In this document: piece after piece, positions 26,137-35,680 of the stretch
Layout: each line of letters begins with the position of its first letter
Position numbering within the stretch: position 1 is the stretch's first letter
Assembly (NCBI GenBank): GCA_964450805.1
Contig: CAYVDD010000001.1
Span: 134,595 to 198,594 of the forward strand
Origin: an uncultured Candidatus Saccharibacteria bacterium
GTDB taxonomy: Bacteria > Patescibacteriota > Minisyncoccia > Minisyncoccales > JANBVM01
Length of the DNA: 64,000 nt
Reading direction: 5' to 3'
The notes under the pieces: model-generated
What the model was told of the DNA's origin: nothing
Databases searched by the model: none
Seen by the model: only the letters and a program-made list of their open reading frames with translations
Made by a program: the position numbers and the translations under genes

Positions 26137-26408
26137 TGACTGAATTTAGAAAAAGAGTTTATATGGTTATTAGCAGGATTCCAAAAGGCAAGGTAATGAG
26201 CTATAAAGAGGTGGCCTATGCTGCTGGTTATCCAAAAGCATGGCGGGCAGTAGGCAATGTTTTAAATAAAAACAGAGATTCTAAAGTGCCATGCCACAGA
26301 GTTATTAAATCAAGCGGCAAAATCGGTGGATTTAGAGGCGGTACTAATAAAAAAACAGCTCTATTGAAAAAAGAAGGTTATCTAAAAATAAGAAAAGTTA
26401 ATTTTTAA
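26136..26408 (+). CDS. MGMT-family protein (methylated-DNA--protein-cysteine methyltransferase DNA-binding domain only)
   Basis: IPKGKVMSYKEVA...VPCHRVI with the PCHR active-site motif. Only 90 aa. Confidence 0.8.
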   Translation: MTEFRKRVYMVISRIPKGKVMSYKEVAYAAGYPKAWRAVGNVLNKNRDSKVPCHRVIKSSGKIGGFRGGTNKKTALLKKEGYLKIRKVNF

Positions 26409-26413
26409 AAAAA

Positions 26414-27037
26414 ATGAGAAACTTTATAAAAAATCCTATTTTTCTCTTGTTTGTTGTATTAGTTTTTCTCTTAACAGCAGTTTTTTTAGTTGGTAATGAG
26501 CGTTTATTTCTATTTATCAATCATAGTCTAGCTAATCAATATCTGGACCTTATTGTATTATATATTTTCATTCCTTTATTTCTTTTAATGGGAATAATTC
26601 CTGGGATATTATTTATTTTTAAAAAAGACATCTCAGCGTTTTTTACTTTATTCTCTGGAGGTTTTTGTTATATTGCTGGGAATTTAGTTAAGCTTATCTT
26701 TAAAATGCCCAGACCATATATGGTGCTTTCTGATGTAAGAGTTATTGGGCCTTGGCATATGAGCCAGTATTCTTTTCCTTCTACAACCACAATGCTGGCT
26801 TTTGGCCTAGCTTTTGCTTTTTTGTTAGAAAAAAAAGACAGATTAAGTTATTTTTTCTTAACCTTAGCCTTTTTGGTTGGATTCACAGTGATTTATACAG
26901 GTTTTCATTTTCCTGAAGATGTTGTTTTTGGAGCGTTTCTTTCTCTATTATTCGTTTATTTATTAAAGAGAATTAAAGACAAGTTATTCAGTGAAAAAGC
27001 TGCTGAAAAAATTCAGCAAGAGAATCAAATAATTTAA
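26414..27037 (+). CDS. PAP2-family membrane phosphatase
   Basis: KMPRPY, PSTTT and FHFPEDV match PAP2 motifs C1-C3. The protein is multi-TM. Confidence 0.75.
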   Translation: MRNFIKNPIFLLFVVLVFLLTAVFLVGNERLFLFINHSLANQYLDLIVLYIFIPLFLLMGIIPGILFIFKKDISAFFTLFSGGFCYIAGNLVKLIFKMPRPYMVLSDVRVIGPWHMSQYSFPSTTTMLAFGLAFAFLLEKKDRLSYFFLTLAFLVGFTVIYTGFHFPEDVVFGAFLSLLFVYLLKRIKDKLFSEKAAEKIQQENQII

Positions 27038-27079
27038 TAGAGGATGTGAAAATATTACTAAACTAGCATTGTTAAATTT

Positions 27080-28060
27080 GTGAAATTCGTTCCTAGAATT
27101 GAAAAGTTTTATTGGACAAAGCACGTTGGAAATAAGATGAGATATTATGGTTTGTCCAAAAATAGATTAAAAAGAGTTATGCGTAATCCAGACAGAAAAG
27201 AACTTGGTATTGCTCCGAGAACGGTTGCTGTTATGCAGATTGCTGGGACAAAAAAGCATCCTACTGAAATCTGGCTTATGTATCAGAAAGATAAGTTTAA
27301 AACAAAAATAATTACTGCCTGGCGTTATCCTGGAACAAGTCCAAAAAGACAACCTCCTCCAATACCAGAAGATATTTTATGGGAGTTGAATCTGAATAAG
27401 GGAAAAGCTGAAATTCCAGAAGAGTATTCAAAAGGAAAAATAAAATTCTTAAACTGTAAAATTGATTTATCAAAAAGAGTTTTTATTCCCAGAATTGAAA
27501 CAGAATTTTGGGTTAAAAAAGCAATCAAAGATCTTAAGAAAAAACAAGGGATATTTGATGTTTTAGATGTTTTTGCTGGTTCTGGCTGTATTGGAATAGC
27601 AATTTTAAAAAACATTAAAAACTCTAAAGTGGATTTTTCTGAGATTGACAATAAAGCGCTTGAGCAAATTAAAATTAATTTAGAATTAAATAAAATACCA
27701 GAACAAAGTTATAGGATTTATCAATCAGATTTATTTGATGCATTAAAGAATAAAAAATATGATTATATTTTTGCCAATCCTCCTTATATTGCTGAAAACA
27801 GAATAAATGAACTAGGAGATTCAGTTTTAGCATATGAGCCTAAAAAAGCTCTTTTTTCAGGAAAAAAAGGATTAAGCCATATTAAAAAATTTTTAAAACT
27901 TGCTAGAAGTTTTTTAAAGGAAAAGGGTATTATTTACCTTGAATTTGACCCTCAGCAGAAAAAAGACATTGAAAAAATGATGAAAAAACAAAGTTATTCT
28001 TCTTTTAAATTTTTCAGAGACCAGTTTAAAAAATATCGTTTTGCAATAGTGAAAAAATAA
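27080..28060 (+). CDS. PrmC/HemK-like N5-glutamine methyltransferase fused to an N-terminal DUF4258-like domain
   Basis: GTG start. The N-terminus WTKHVGNKMRYYGLSKNRLKRVMRNP resembles DUF4258 (H..RM..R.I). The C-terminus has PRIETE, VLDVFAGSGCIG and ANPPYI (NPPY). Confidence 0.65.
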   Translation: MKFVPRIEKFYWTKHVGNKMRYYGLSKNRLKRVMRNPDRKELGIAPRTVAVMQIAGTKKHPTEIWLMYQKDKFKTKIITAWRYPGTSPKRQPPPIPEDILWELNLNKGKAEIPEEYSKGKIKFLNCKIDLSKRVFIPRIETEFWVKKAIKDLKKKQGIFDVLDVFAGSGCIGIAILKNIKNSKVDFSEIDNKALEQIKINLELNKIPEQSYRIYQSDLFDALKNKKYDYIFANPPYIAENRINELGDSVLAYEPKKALFSGKKGLSHIKKFLKLARSFLKEKGIIYLEFDPQQKKDIEKMMKKQSYSSFKFFRDQFKKYRFAIVKK

Positions 28061-28097
28061 CAGTAAAATATAATAATCAATAATAATTAATAATTTT

Positions 28098-28436
28098 ATG
28101 GATATAACTAAAATAATTGGCTGGTTAGTATTTTTATCTGGTCTTTTAATAATAAGCTGTACTCTTTATACTTCATTTAATATTTTTACTGGCAAACAGT
28201 CTGCTCCTGAATTTTTCAAACCTACTCAAACGCAAGGAAGCCAGTCGCAGGCAACAGGACTGCCTACTGATTTTGATCAGCTTAAGCAAATGATGAGTGA
28301 ACAGCTAAAAGGACTTTTACCGCTTGATTCAATAACTCAATTTTTAAATCTTAGTGTTTGGGGAATATTAACAGGCATTCTTATTTTCGGCGGTGCTAAA
28401 ATTTCTGAATTAGGCATAAAACTGATTAAAAAATGA
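28098..28436 (+). CDS. Hypothetical membrane protein
   Basis: Two TM helices flank a Q/S-rich loop. It overlaps the next gene by 4 nt. Confidence 0.45.
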   Translation: MDITKIIGWLVFLSGLLIISCTLYTSFNIFTGKQSAPEFFKPTQTQGSQSQATGLPTDFDQLKQMMSEQLKGLLPLDSITQFLNLSVWGILTGILIFGGAKISELGIKLIKK

Positions 28437-28828
28437 TTAATATTATTAAGCAAAATATATTTTTAAAGTATATTCAGTGGCATTTTTTTGAAATGCCTAA
28501 AAATATTTTAAAGAGCTGGATTAATTATCTTAAGTTTGGCTTGAATTACTTTTCTGTTGGTTTACTTTTTAAAACTCTTTTTTCTCCATGGAGAAATTAC
28601 AGATGGTTTTATCCAAAAGCATTTGATATTGGGAAATATCTTGAAGTTGCTTTTTCAAATTTGATTTCCAGGGTTCTTGGATTTTTTCCAAGAAGCATTT
28701 TAATAGTGGTTGGTATTGTTTTTGAGGTTTTTATTTTGTTTAGTGGTTTTTTTATTCTTATAATCTGGTTTGTTATTCCAGTTTTTTTAATATTAGGAAT
28801 ATATCATGGCATTAGACTTTCAATTTAA
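28433..28828 (+). CDS. Hypothetical membrane protein
   Basis: 131 aa with hydrophobic C-terminal helices. It overlaps the AAA+ gene. Confidence 0.45.
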   Translation: MINIIKQNIFLKYIQWHFFEMPKNILKSWINYLKFGLNYFSVGLLFKTLFSPWRNYRWFYPKAFDIGKYLEVAFSNLISRVLGFFPRSILIVVGIVFEVFILFSGFFILIIWFVIPVFLILGIYHGIRLSI

Positions 28829-31367
28829 TTTAAAAGAGACAGAAACTTATAAAGCAGTAGTTTTGGAAAGAAACATATTTTTTAAGTATAGAAAAATTTG
28901 TAGAAAATTGTTTTTGTTTCTATTTTTTGCTTGTCTTTTATTTTTCGCTTATTCATTTTTCTACGAGAATTTTTCTTGGGGTTTGAACAGAAGAATTCTT
29001 GGTCTTTCAATTCTTTTTCTTACTTTCAATATAATTGCCAATATTAAAAATAGTTTTTTAGAGTTTCTTAAAAAACCAAAGATAAAAACAGGTTTTAAGC
29101 AGACATTATCAGAAGTTAAAAAATATAATCTGGCAGAATACCTTGGTTTTGAAACATCAAAAGCAGTTTTTAATTCAGTTAAGTTTTCGAAAACAAAAAA
29201 ATTCTCTCAGATAAATTCTTCTCTTTTACTTTACTATTTATTAAATGATAATTCTAAACTGAATTTTGTTTTTTCGAGGGCTCTTTTAAATATTGAAGAA
29301 ATTAAAAAAATATTACTTGAAACAGTTAAAGCAGTTGAAAAGACTGAGTTTAAAGAGATTTATAGTAAAGATTTTAAAATATCAATTTTAGATGCTTTAG
29401 AGATTGCTAAGAATAAAAACCATGAAAAAGTTGAACTTAGTGACATAATATCTTCTTTGGCAAAAAATAATCCTGTTTTTAAGAAAATATTGATTAATGC
29501 TGATTTAGAAGCAGAAGATATTCATAATTTAGCTGATTGGATGGAAAGAGTGGATAATAAATTGACTGAAAGAAAAAAATTCTTTAAATGGAAAAACCTG
29601 CTCAAACTGGGTTCTTTAGGCAGGGAGTGGACAACTGGCTACACTGTTAATTTAGACAAATTTTCCATTGATTTGTCAGAAAGAGCAAGAAAAGGAGTTT
29701 TTGCTCAAATGATTGGCCATGTTCAGGAAGTAAAGGCAGTAGAAAGAATTTTAGCTAAAGAGCAGGAAAACAATGTTCTGCTTGTTGGAGAAGAGGGAAG
29801 TGGAAGAAGAATTATAATTGAAGATTTGGTTAAAAAAAGTGTTTTTGGAGAAACCTTAAAAGAATTGAATTATAAGAGAGTGATAGAGCTTGATTTGGCA
29901 TCTTTACTGACTCAGGCTCAGGATTCCCAGCAGGCTGGAGAAATTCTTAATTTAATATTTAATGAAGCTGTTTCAGCTGGTAATGTAATTTTAGTTATTA
30001 ATAATTTTCATAATTTTGTTGGAGGAATTGATAGGCCTGGAGCTCTTGATATAACAAGCATAATAAGTCCTTATTTAGATCTGCCTCAATTCAGAATCAT
30101 AGCTGTTACTAGTTTTAAAGGACTTCACAAGCATATTGAACAGAACCCTTCAATCTTATCTTTTTTTGGAAAAGTTGAAGTGAAGGAAATAACAAAACAA
30201 GAATCACTTATTGTTTTAGAAGATTTGATTTTTCAAAAAGAAATAAAGTATAAGCAATTCATCTCTTATCCAGCTTTGCGCGATATCATTAAACTCTCTG
30301 AAAAATACTTAGCTGATGCTCCGTTTCCTGAAAAAGCAATTGATTTGTTGGATGATGTTGTATCTTATATTTCCCAGCTAAAAGAAAAAACAGTTCTTCC
30401 TAAACACGTTGCAAAAATTGTGTCTGAGAAAACTGAAATTCCTGTTGGAAAAGTTGAAGAAAAAGAAAAAGAGAAACTACTTAATTTAGAAGCCTTGATT
30501 CATAAAAGAATTATTAATCAGGAAACAGCGGTTAAAGAGACAGCAGAAGCCTTGAGAAGGGCCAGGACAGACATTTCTATCAAAAAAGGACCAATGGGTG
30601 CATTTTTGTTTTTAGGGCCAACAGGAGTAGGTAAAACTGAAACTGCCAAATCTTTAACTGAAATTTATTTTAGCTCTGAAAAGAAGATGATTCGTCTTGA
30701 TATGTCAGAATTCCAGGAAATTTCAGATATAGCTCGCTTGATTGGTTCTGCTAATAAAGAAGGTTTGCTGACTACTAAGGTAATAGAAGACCCGTTTTCC
30801 CTAGTTTTACTTGATGAAATAGAGAAAGCTCATCCAAATATCTTGAATTTATTTTTACAGGTTATAGACGAAGGACATATTACTGATGGATTGGGAAGGA
30901 AAGTTAGTTTTAAAAACACAATTATTATTGCAACTTCTAATGCTGGATATTTAGTAATTCTTGATGCTTTAAAAAAGAATAAGAAAATGGAGGACATTAA
31001 AGAAGAGCTTTTGAACTATTTGTTTAAACAAAAAACCTTTAGGCCTGAATTTATTAACCGTTTTGATGCTATGGTATTATTTAAAGCACTGACCAAGGAA
31101 AATCTTTTAGATATTTCAGGATTACTGCTGGATAAATTAAAAAAGAATTTATCAAAAAAAGATATTGAATTTATTATTACTGATGAATTAAAGAAGAAAA
31201 TTGTTGAATTGAGTTATGATCCTAAGTTTGGAGCCAGGCAGATGAATAGGGTTATTCAGGATAAGATTGGAAATGTTTTTGCTAAAGCCTTGCTTTCTAA
31301 TAAAATTAAAAGAGGGGATAAGGTGGAAATAGAACCAAAAGCTTTTAAATTAATAATTAATCCTTAA
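28806..31367 (+). CDS. ClpB/ClpC-like double AAA+ ATPase with an N-terminal membrane anchor
   Basis: NBD2 has GPTGVGKTETAKSL, LLDEIEKAH and ARQMNRVIQ. NBD1 Walker A is degenerate (GEEGSGRR). TM helices lie in the first ~80 aa. Confidence 0.75.
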   Translation: MALDFQFNLKETETYKAVVLERNIFFKYRKICRKLFLFLFFACLLFFAYSFFYENFSWGLNRRILGLSILFLTFNIIANIKNSFLEFLKKPKIKTGFKQTLSEVKKYNLAEYLGFETSKAVFNSVKFSKTKKFSQINSSLLLYYLLNDNSKLNFVFSRALLNIEEIKKILLETVKAVEKTEFKEIYSKDFKISILDALEIAKNKNHEKVELSDIISSLAKNNPVFKKILINADLEAEDIHNLADWMERVDNKLTERKKFFKWKNLLKLGSLGREWTTGYTVNLDKFSIDLSERARKGVFAQMIGHVQEVKAVERILAKEQENNVLLVGEEGSGRRIIIEDLVKKSVFGETLKELNYKRVIELDLASLLTQAQDSQQAGEILNLIFNEAVSAGNVILVINNFHNFVGGIDRPGALDITSIISPYLDLPQFRIIAVTSFKGLHKHIEQNPSILSFFGKVEVKEITKQESLIVLEDLIFQKEIKYKQFISYPALRDIIKLSEKYLADAPFPEKAIDLLDDVVSYISQLKEKTVLPKHVAKIVSEKTEIPVGKVEEKEKEKLLNLEALIHKRIINQETAVKETAEALRRARTDISIKKGPMGAFLFLGPTGVGKTETAKSLTEIYFSSEKKMIRLDMSEFQEISDIARLIGSANKEGLLTTKVIEDPFSLVLLDEIEKAHPNILNLFLQVIDEGHITDGLGRKVSFKNTIIIATSNAGYLVILDALKKNKKMEDIKEELLNYLFKQKTFRPEFINRFDAMVLFKALTKENLLDISGLLLDKLKKNLSKKDIEFIITDELKKKIVELSYDPKFGARQMNRVIQDKIGNVFAKALLSNKIKRGDKVEIEPKAFKLIINP

Positions 31368-31381
31368 TAAATAAAATATTT

Positions 31382-31633
31382 ATGAGCATATTATATATTA
31401 TAATTTTTCTGGGAATAGTCTTTCTTGCTATTCATCTTTTCAGAAGACCAAAAATTACCATGAACAAACCTTTATTTACATTAGGAATTTTAGTAGCTTT
31501 AATGGGAGCTTTCTTAATGTGGGATGGTAGTATTCTGGGAGAAAATACCACAGGTATTGCAACTGTTATAGGTATTATTGGGATAGGTTTAATAGCAACA
31601 TCAAAGAAACCTAAAAACATTCCAAATCAATAA
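31382..31633 (+). CDS. Hypothetical small membrane protein
   Basis: 83 aa with 3 hydrophobic helices. Confidence 0.45.
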   Translation: MSILYIIIFLGIVFLAIHLFRRPKITMNKPLFTLGILVALMGAFLMWDGSILGENTTGIATVIGIIGIGLIATSKKPKNIPNQ

Positions 31634-31780
31634 ATTATTAACAGAAAGCTTTGTTTAAATAAGTTCTAACATTGTTTGTCTCTCTGAGTTTTTGAAGCTG
31701 AGATTTTTCTTGAATTTGACTTTTTATAAGAAATTAATAATATATCTTAATCAGAAAGAATTTGTTCTTTGATAAAAAAA

Positions 31781-32183
31781 ATGAGCGTGATGAAAAATAG
31801 AAAAAAATTATGTATCAAGGGATAGTATAAGAAAATTAGGGTTTCCCAAACCTGTTCCGATATCAGAAGAAGTATTCGGTTCTTTAAAAAGAGAACAGCA
31901 AGAAGTTTTGCTTTCTCTTGGAGGTCTGGGCAAGGAAGAAAGGAAACTTTGCGATAAAATAAATGCTAAAATGCCAACTGAATCAGGAGTACTACCTGTA
32001 GATGGAGGAGTTACATTGTGTGAAGATAAAGACGATTGGATCGTCATTACTTTAAAAGAGAGGAAAGAATTAGATGAAGTGACAAATAAAATAAAGAGAG
32101 AGCTTAATAAAGCCTTAGACCTTGGTTTGGGATTTCTACGGTTAATTCAGAATCAATGTAAGAATTATGAAATAAAAGTTTAA
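31781..32183 (+). pseudogene. Hypothetical gene split by a frameshift in an A7 tract (or a phase-variable / assembly-error homopolymer)
   Basis: ATG at 31781 gives MSVMKNRKK, with a stop at 31823. The long frame is open from 31794 but has no start codon before TTG at 31908. Removing one A from a7 (31801-31807) fuses them into one 133-aa ORF. Confidence 0.5.
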
Positions 32184-32268
32184 ATTAAAGCGACCTTAAA
32201 AGATTTATAATGAGGTCATTTTTTTATTCCATAATCTTATAGGTTTTTAAATGGATTATATAATAGTT

Positions 32269-32414
32269 GTGGATTTTCTGTGGAAAATCCGCTGTTTTTA
32301 TATTCATTTTAATATAAACTAATTTTTCCTTGACCAAACATGTTTTTAAAGGGTAAACTTAAGACAGGTGGGGAATTGTGGATAAGTATGTTAATAAATA
32401 CCCATCTTTGTGGA
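32269..32414 (+). promoter_or_regulatory. Array of GTGGA/GTGGG direct repeats upstream of mraZ (candidate MraZ operator boxes)
   Basis: GTGGA at 32269 and 32280 (11-nt period), GTGGG at 32368 and GTGGA at 32378 (10-nt period), GTGGA at 32410. Two of them also read TTATCCACA on the opposite strand. Confidence 0.5.
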
Positions 32415-32419
32415 TAACT

Positions 32420-32851
32420 ATGTTTATTGGTGAATACTTGTACACAATTGACCATAAAAAAAGGTTAGCTATACCTTCCAAATTCAGAAGAACTTTAGGT
32501 AAAAAAGCAATTGTTACTAAAGGTATAGATGCTTGCTTAGTTGTTTACCCAATAACAGAGTGGGAAAAATTAGCTAAAAAACTGGAAAGCCTGCCAACTA
32601 GTAAACTTGATGCCAGAGGATTTGTAAGAATCATGCTTGCTGGAGCTGTAGATGTAAGTCTGGATAAATTAGGAAGAATTTTAATTCCTGATTATTTAAA
32701 AAAATATGCTGGATTAAAAAAAGAAGTAGTTATTCTGGGATTATCTAATAGAATTGAACTCTGGGATAAAACAATGTGGAAGAATTATAAAGATAAAACT
32801 GAAAAAGATATTGGAGATATGGCATCAAGATTAGAAGAATTAGGAGTTTAA
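32420..32851 (+). CDS. mraZ: Transcriptional regulator MraZ
   Basis: The start MFIGEYLYTIDHKKRLAIPSKFR is the canonical MraZ N-terminus. There are two SpoVT-AbrB halves (second: DKLGRILIP). The longer GTG-started ORF was not used. Confidence 0.9.
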   Translation: MFIGEYLYTIDHKKRLAIPSKFRRTLGKKAIVTKGIDACLVVYPITEWEKLAKKLESLPTSKLDARGFVRIMLAGAVDVSLDKLGRILIPDYLKKYAGLKKEVVILGLSNRIELWDKTMWKNYKDKTEKDIGDMASRLEELGV

Positions 32852-33723
32852 TGCACAAAAGCGTCCTTAAAAAAGAAGTTTTAGAATATTTGAATCCTGA
32901 GTCTAATGAAAACTTTATTGATGCAACAATAGGGCAGGCAGGACACAGTTTAGCAATATTAGATAAAAATAAGCCAAGAGGAAAAGTATTAGGAATAGAG
33001 CTGGATAAAGAAATCTATAAAGATTTATTGGCAAAGAACATTAAAAGATTAATTTTAGTAAATGATTCCTTTAAAAATTTAAAAGAGATTGTTGAAAAAA
33101 ATAGTTTCAAACCTGTTTCTGGAATATTGTTTGACCTTGGATTTTCAAGCTGGCATCTGGAAGAATCTGGCAGGGGATTCAGCTTTCAAAAAAATGAACC
33201 TCTTGATATGAGGTACAATACTGATTTATCCAAATTAACGGCTAAAGAAATTGTCAATAACTGGCCAGAAAGAGAAATTGAAAAGATTTTGAAAAAATAT
33301 TCTCAAGAAAGATTTGCCAAAAGAATTAGTAAAAGAATTATAGAACAGAGAAAATTAAAGCCCATTAAAACAACTTCTGATTTAGTTGAAATAATTAAGC
33401 AATCTGTTCCTTCCTGGTATCAATACAGAAGAATACATTTTGCAACAAAAACATTTCAGGCTTTAAGAATTGCTGTGAATGACGAACTTAATAATATTGA
33501 AAAAGCATTGATTCAGGCTTTAAGCATAATAGAAAAAGGAGCAAGGATAATAGTAATTTCATTTCATTCATCAGAAGACAGAATTATTAAGAATTTTTTC
33601 AAAAAACATTCTAAAGAATCATTAAAAATATTAACAAAGAAACCAATAAAGCCGAGCAGAGCAGAAATTATTAATAACCCCCGTTCAAGAAGCGCTAAGC
33701 TTCGAGCGGCAGTAAAAATTTAA
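32851..33723 (+). CDS. rsmH: 16S rRNA (cytosine1402-N4)-methyltransferase
   Basis: HKSVLKKEVLEYL, DATIGQAGHS, DLGFSS, FHSSEDRIIK, NPRSRSAKLR. Confidence 0.92.
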   Translation: MHKSVLKKEVLEYLNPESNENFIDATIGQAGHSLAILDKNKPRGKVLGIELDKEIYKDLLAKNIKRLILVNDSFKNLKEIVEKNSFKPVSGILFDLGFSSWHLEESGRGFSFQKNEPLDMRYNTDLSKLTAKEIVNNWPEREIEKILKKYSQERFAKRISKRIIEQRKLKPIKTTSDLVEIIKQSVPSWYQYRRIHFATKTFQALRIAVNDELNNIEKALIQALSIIEKGARIIVISFHSSEDRIIKNFFKKHSKESLKILTKKPIKPSRAEIINNPRSRSAKLRAAVKI

Positions 33724-33729
33724 AAAAAA

Positions 33730-34029
33730 ATGACTAAAACAATTGCCTTAAAAAAATCCTGGATTTTAAGCATTGCTTTAATTTTATCCTTATTAGTTAT
33801 TTATATTATCCAGGTTGGACAATTAGCTAAGGACAAATATTCACTCAGAAATTATGAAAAAGAATTAGTTTCTTTGTCAAAGAATAATAAGTTTTTAGAT
33901 ATAGATTTCTCAAAAATGAATTCTTTATTTCATATTGATCAGGTCCTGGCAGATAATGGCTTTGTTAAGACAAATAATGTAAAATATATAAAAATAGTGG
34001 AAAGTTCAATTGTCAGCAGACTTCGTTAA
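33730..34029 (+). CDS. FtsL-like single-pass cell-division membrane protein
   Basis: 99 aa with one TM helix then a coiled segment. The position between rsmH and ftsI matches dcw clusters. Confidence 0.5.
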   Translation: MTKTIALKKSWILSIALILSLLVIYIIQVGQLAKDKYSLRNYEKELVSLSKNNKFLDIDFSKMNSLFHIDQVLADNGFVKTNNVKYIKIVESSIVSRLR

Positions 34030-34045
34030 TAACTTTACTATATAA

Positions 34046-35680
34046 ATGAAGAATTGGAGAGCTAATCTAATCTTTCTGTTTTTTCTTCTTGGTTCAGCGG
34101 CTGTAATAAGTCGCTTGGTTTTTCTTCAGATTATGGAAGGAGATTTAAACAAAGCTTTGTCTCAAGGCCTTTTCGCCTCTTTTAATGAATATCAGGGGGA
34201 AAGAGGAGAAGTGTTTTTAAAAAATGGCGAACCCTTGGCTATAAATATTGCTCTGCCTTTTATTTTTGTTAATCCTAAAAAAATTGAAAACATTGAAGAA
34301 ACAGCTAAAGATCTAAGCCAGATTCTTGATTTAGAACAAGATTTGGTTTTTGAAAAATTAAACATCAATACTTCTTATTCTTTAATTAAAAGAAAATTAA
34401 CTCCAGAACAAGCTGAAGAAATAAAAAACTTAAACCTGGAAGGAGTTTTTGTAACCGAGCAAAAAGAAAGATATTACCCTCAGGAAGAATTAGCCTCACA
34501 AGTAATTGGCTTTTTAGGCGCAGAACAAACAGGACAATATGGTCTGGAGCAGTTTTATGATAATGTTTTGGCAGGCAAAGAGTTTTTAAAAGAAAATAAA
34601 AAAGGAACTGATTTAGTTTTAACACTTGATTATAATATTCAATATCAGGCAGAGAAACTGCTTCAAAAAGTAAAAAAAGATTTAGATGCTGAGGGCGGTC
34701 AGATTATTGTTATTGAACCTGATTCTGGAAGAATACTTGCTATGGCTGATGCAAAAGGATTTGACCCTAATCATTATGAAGATTATGCCAGTTCAAATAA
34801 TTTAGAAGTTTTTAAAAATAAAGCAAGCCAAAATTTGTTTGAACCAGGTTCAGTTTTTAAAGCAATTACAATGGCTGCAGCTTTAGAAGAAGAAAAAGTG
34901 ACGCCTAAAACAACCTATACAGACACTGGTTCTGTTAAAATTGATAAGTATACTATTTACAATTACGATAAAAGAATTTATGAGCAGCAGAGTATGACTG
35001 AGGTTCTGGAAAAATCAATCAACACAGGCGCTATTTTTGTTCAAAAAAAACTTGGACCTAATTTATTTCTTAAATATATTGATGAGTTCGGTTTTTTTGA
35101 GCCTTCAGGAATTGATGTACAGGAAGCTTATTCCCAGAACAAAGAATTAAGAACAGCAAGAGAGATTAATCTTGCCACAGCTTCTTTTGGCCAGGGAATT
35201 GAAATGACTGCCATTCAGCTGATTAAGTCATATTGTGCTATTGCTAATGGTGGAAAATTAATAGCTCCATATTTAGTTGAAAGCTTTATAACTCCTGACG
35301 GGAAAATTGAATCTTTAAATAATAATAAAGAAGAGCAAATCATTTCTTCAAAAACTGCATCTCAGTTAACTGCAATGCTTGTCAGTGTTGTAGAAAATGG
35401 TTTTGCCAAAGCTGCTAAAATTCCTGGTTATTTTATTGCTGGAAAAACAGGAACAGCCCAGATTTCTTATTCAGCTTTAGGTATTGAAAAACAAGGCTAC
35501 TCTGATAAAACCATTCAAACTTTTGTTGGGTTTGCTCCTGCTTTTAATCCTAAATTTCTGGCCCTTATAAAAATTAATAATCCTAAAACAAAAACTGCAG
35601 AGTATTCCACTGTTCCTCTTTTTAGAAACTTGGCAGAATATATTATTAACTACTATCAAATTCCACCAGATTATGAATAA
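34046..35680 (+). CDS. ftsI: Penicillin-binding protein 2 / FtsI-type transpeptidase
   Basis: N-terminal TM helix, SVFK (SxxK), SINT (SxN) and KTGTA (KTG) motifs. Confidence 0.85.
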   Translation: MKNWRANLIFLFFLLGSAAVISRLVFLQIMEGDLNKALSQGLFASFNEYQGERGEVFLKNGEPLAINIALPFIFVNPKKIENIEETAKDLSQILDLEQDLVFEKLNINTSYSLIKRKLTPEQAEEIKNLNLEGVFVTEQKERYYPQEELASQVIGFLGAEQTGQYGLEQFYDNVLAGKEFLKENKKGTDLVLTLDYNIQYQAEKLLQKVKKDLDAEGGQIIVIEPDSGRILAMADAKGFDPNHYEDYASSNNLEVFKNKASQNLFEPGSVFKAITMAAALEEEKVTPKTTYTDTGSVKIDKYTIYNYDKRIYEQQSMTEVLEKSINTGAIFVQKKLGPNLFLKYIDEFGFFEPSGIDVQEAYSQNKELRTAREINLATASFGQGIEMTAIQLIKSYCAIANGGKLIAPYLVESFITPDGKIESLNNNKEEQIISSKTASQLTAMLVSVVENGFAKAAKIPGYFIAGKTGTAQISYSALGIEKQGYSDKTIQTFVGFAPAFNPKFLALIKINNPKTKTAEYSTVPLFRNLAEYIINYYQIPPDYE

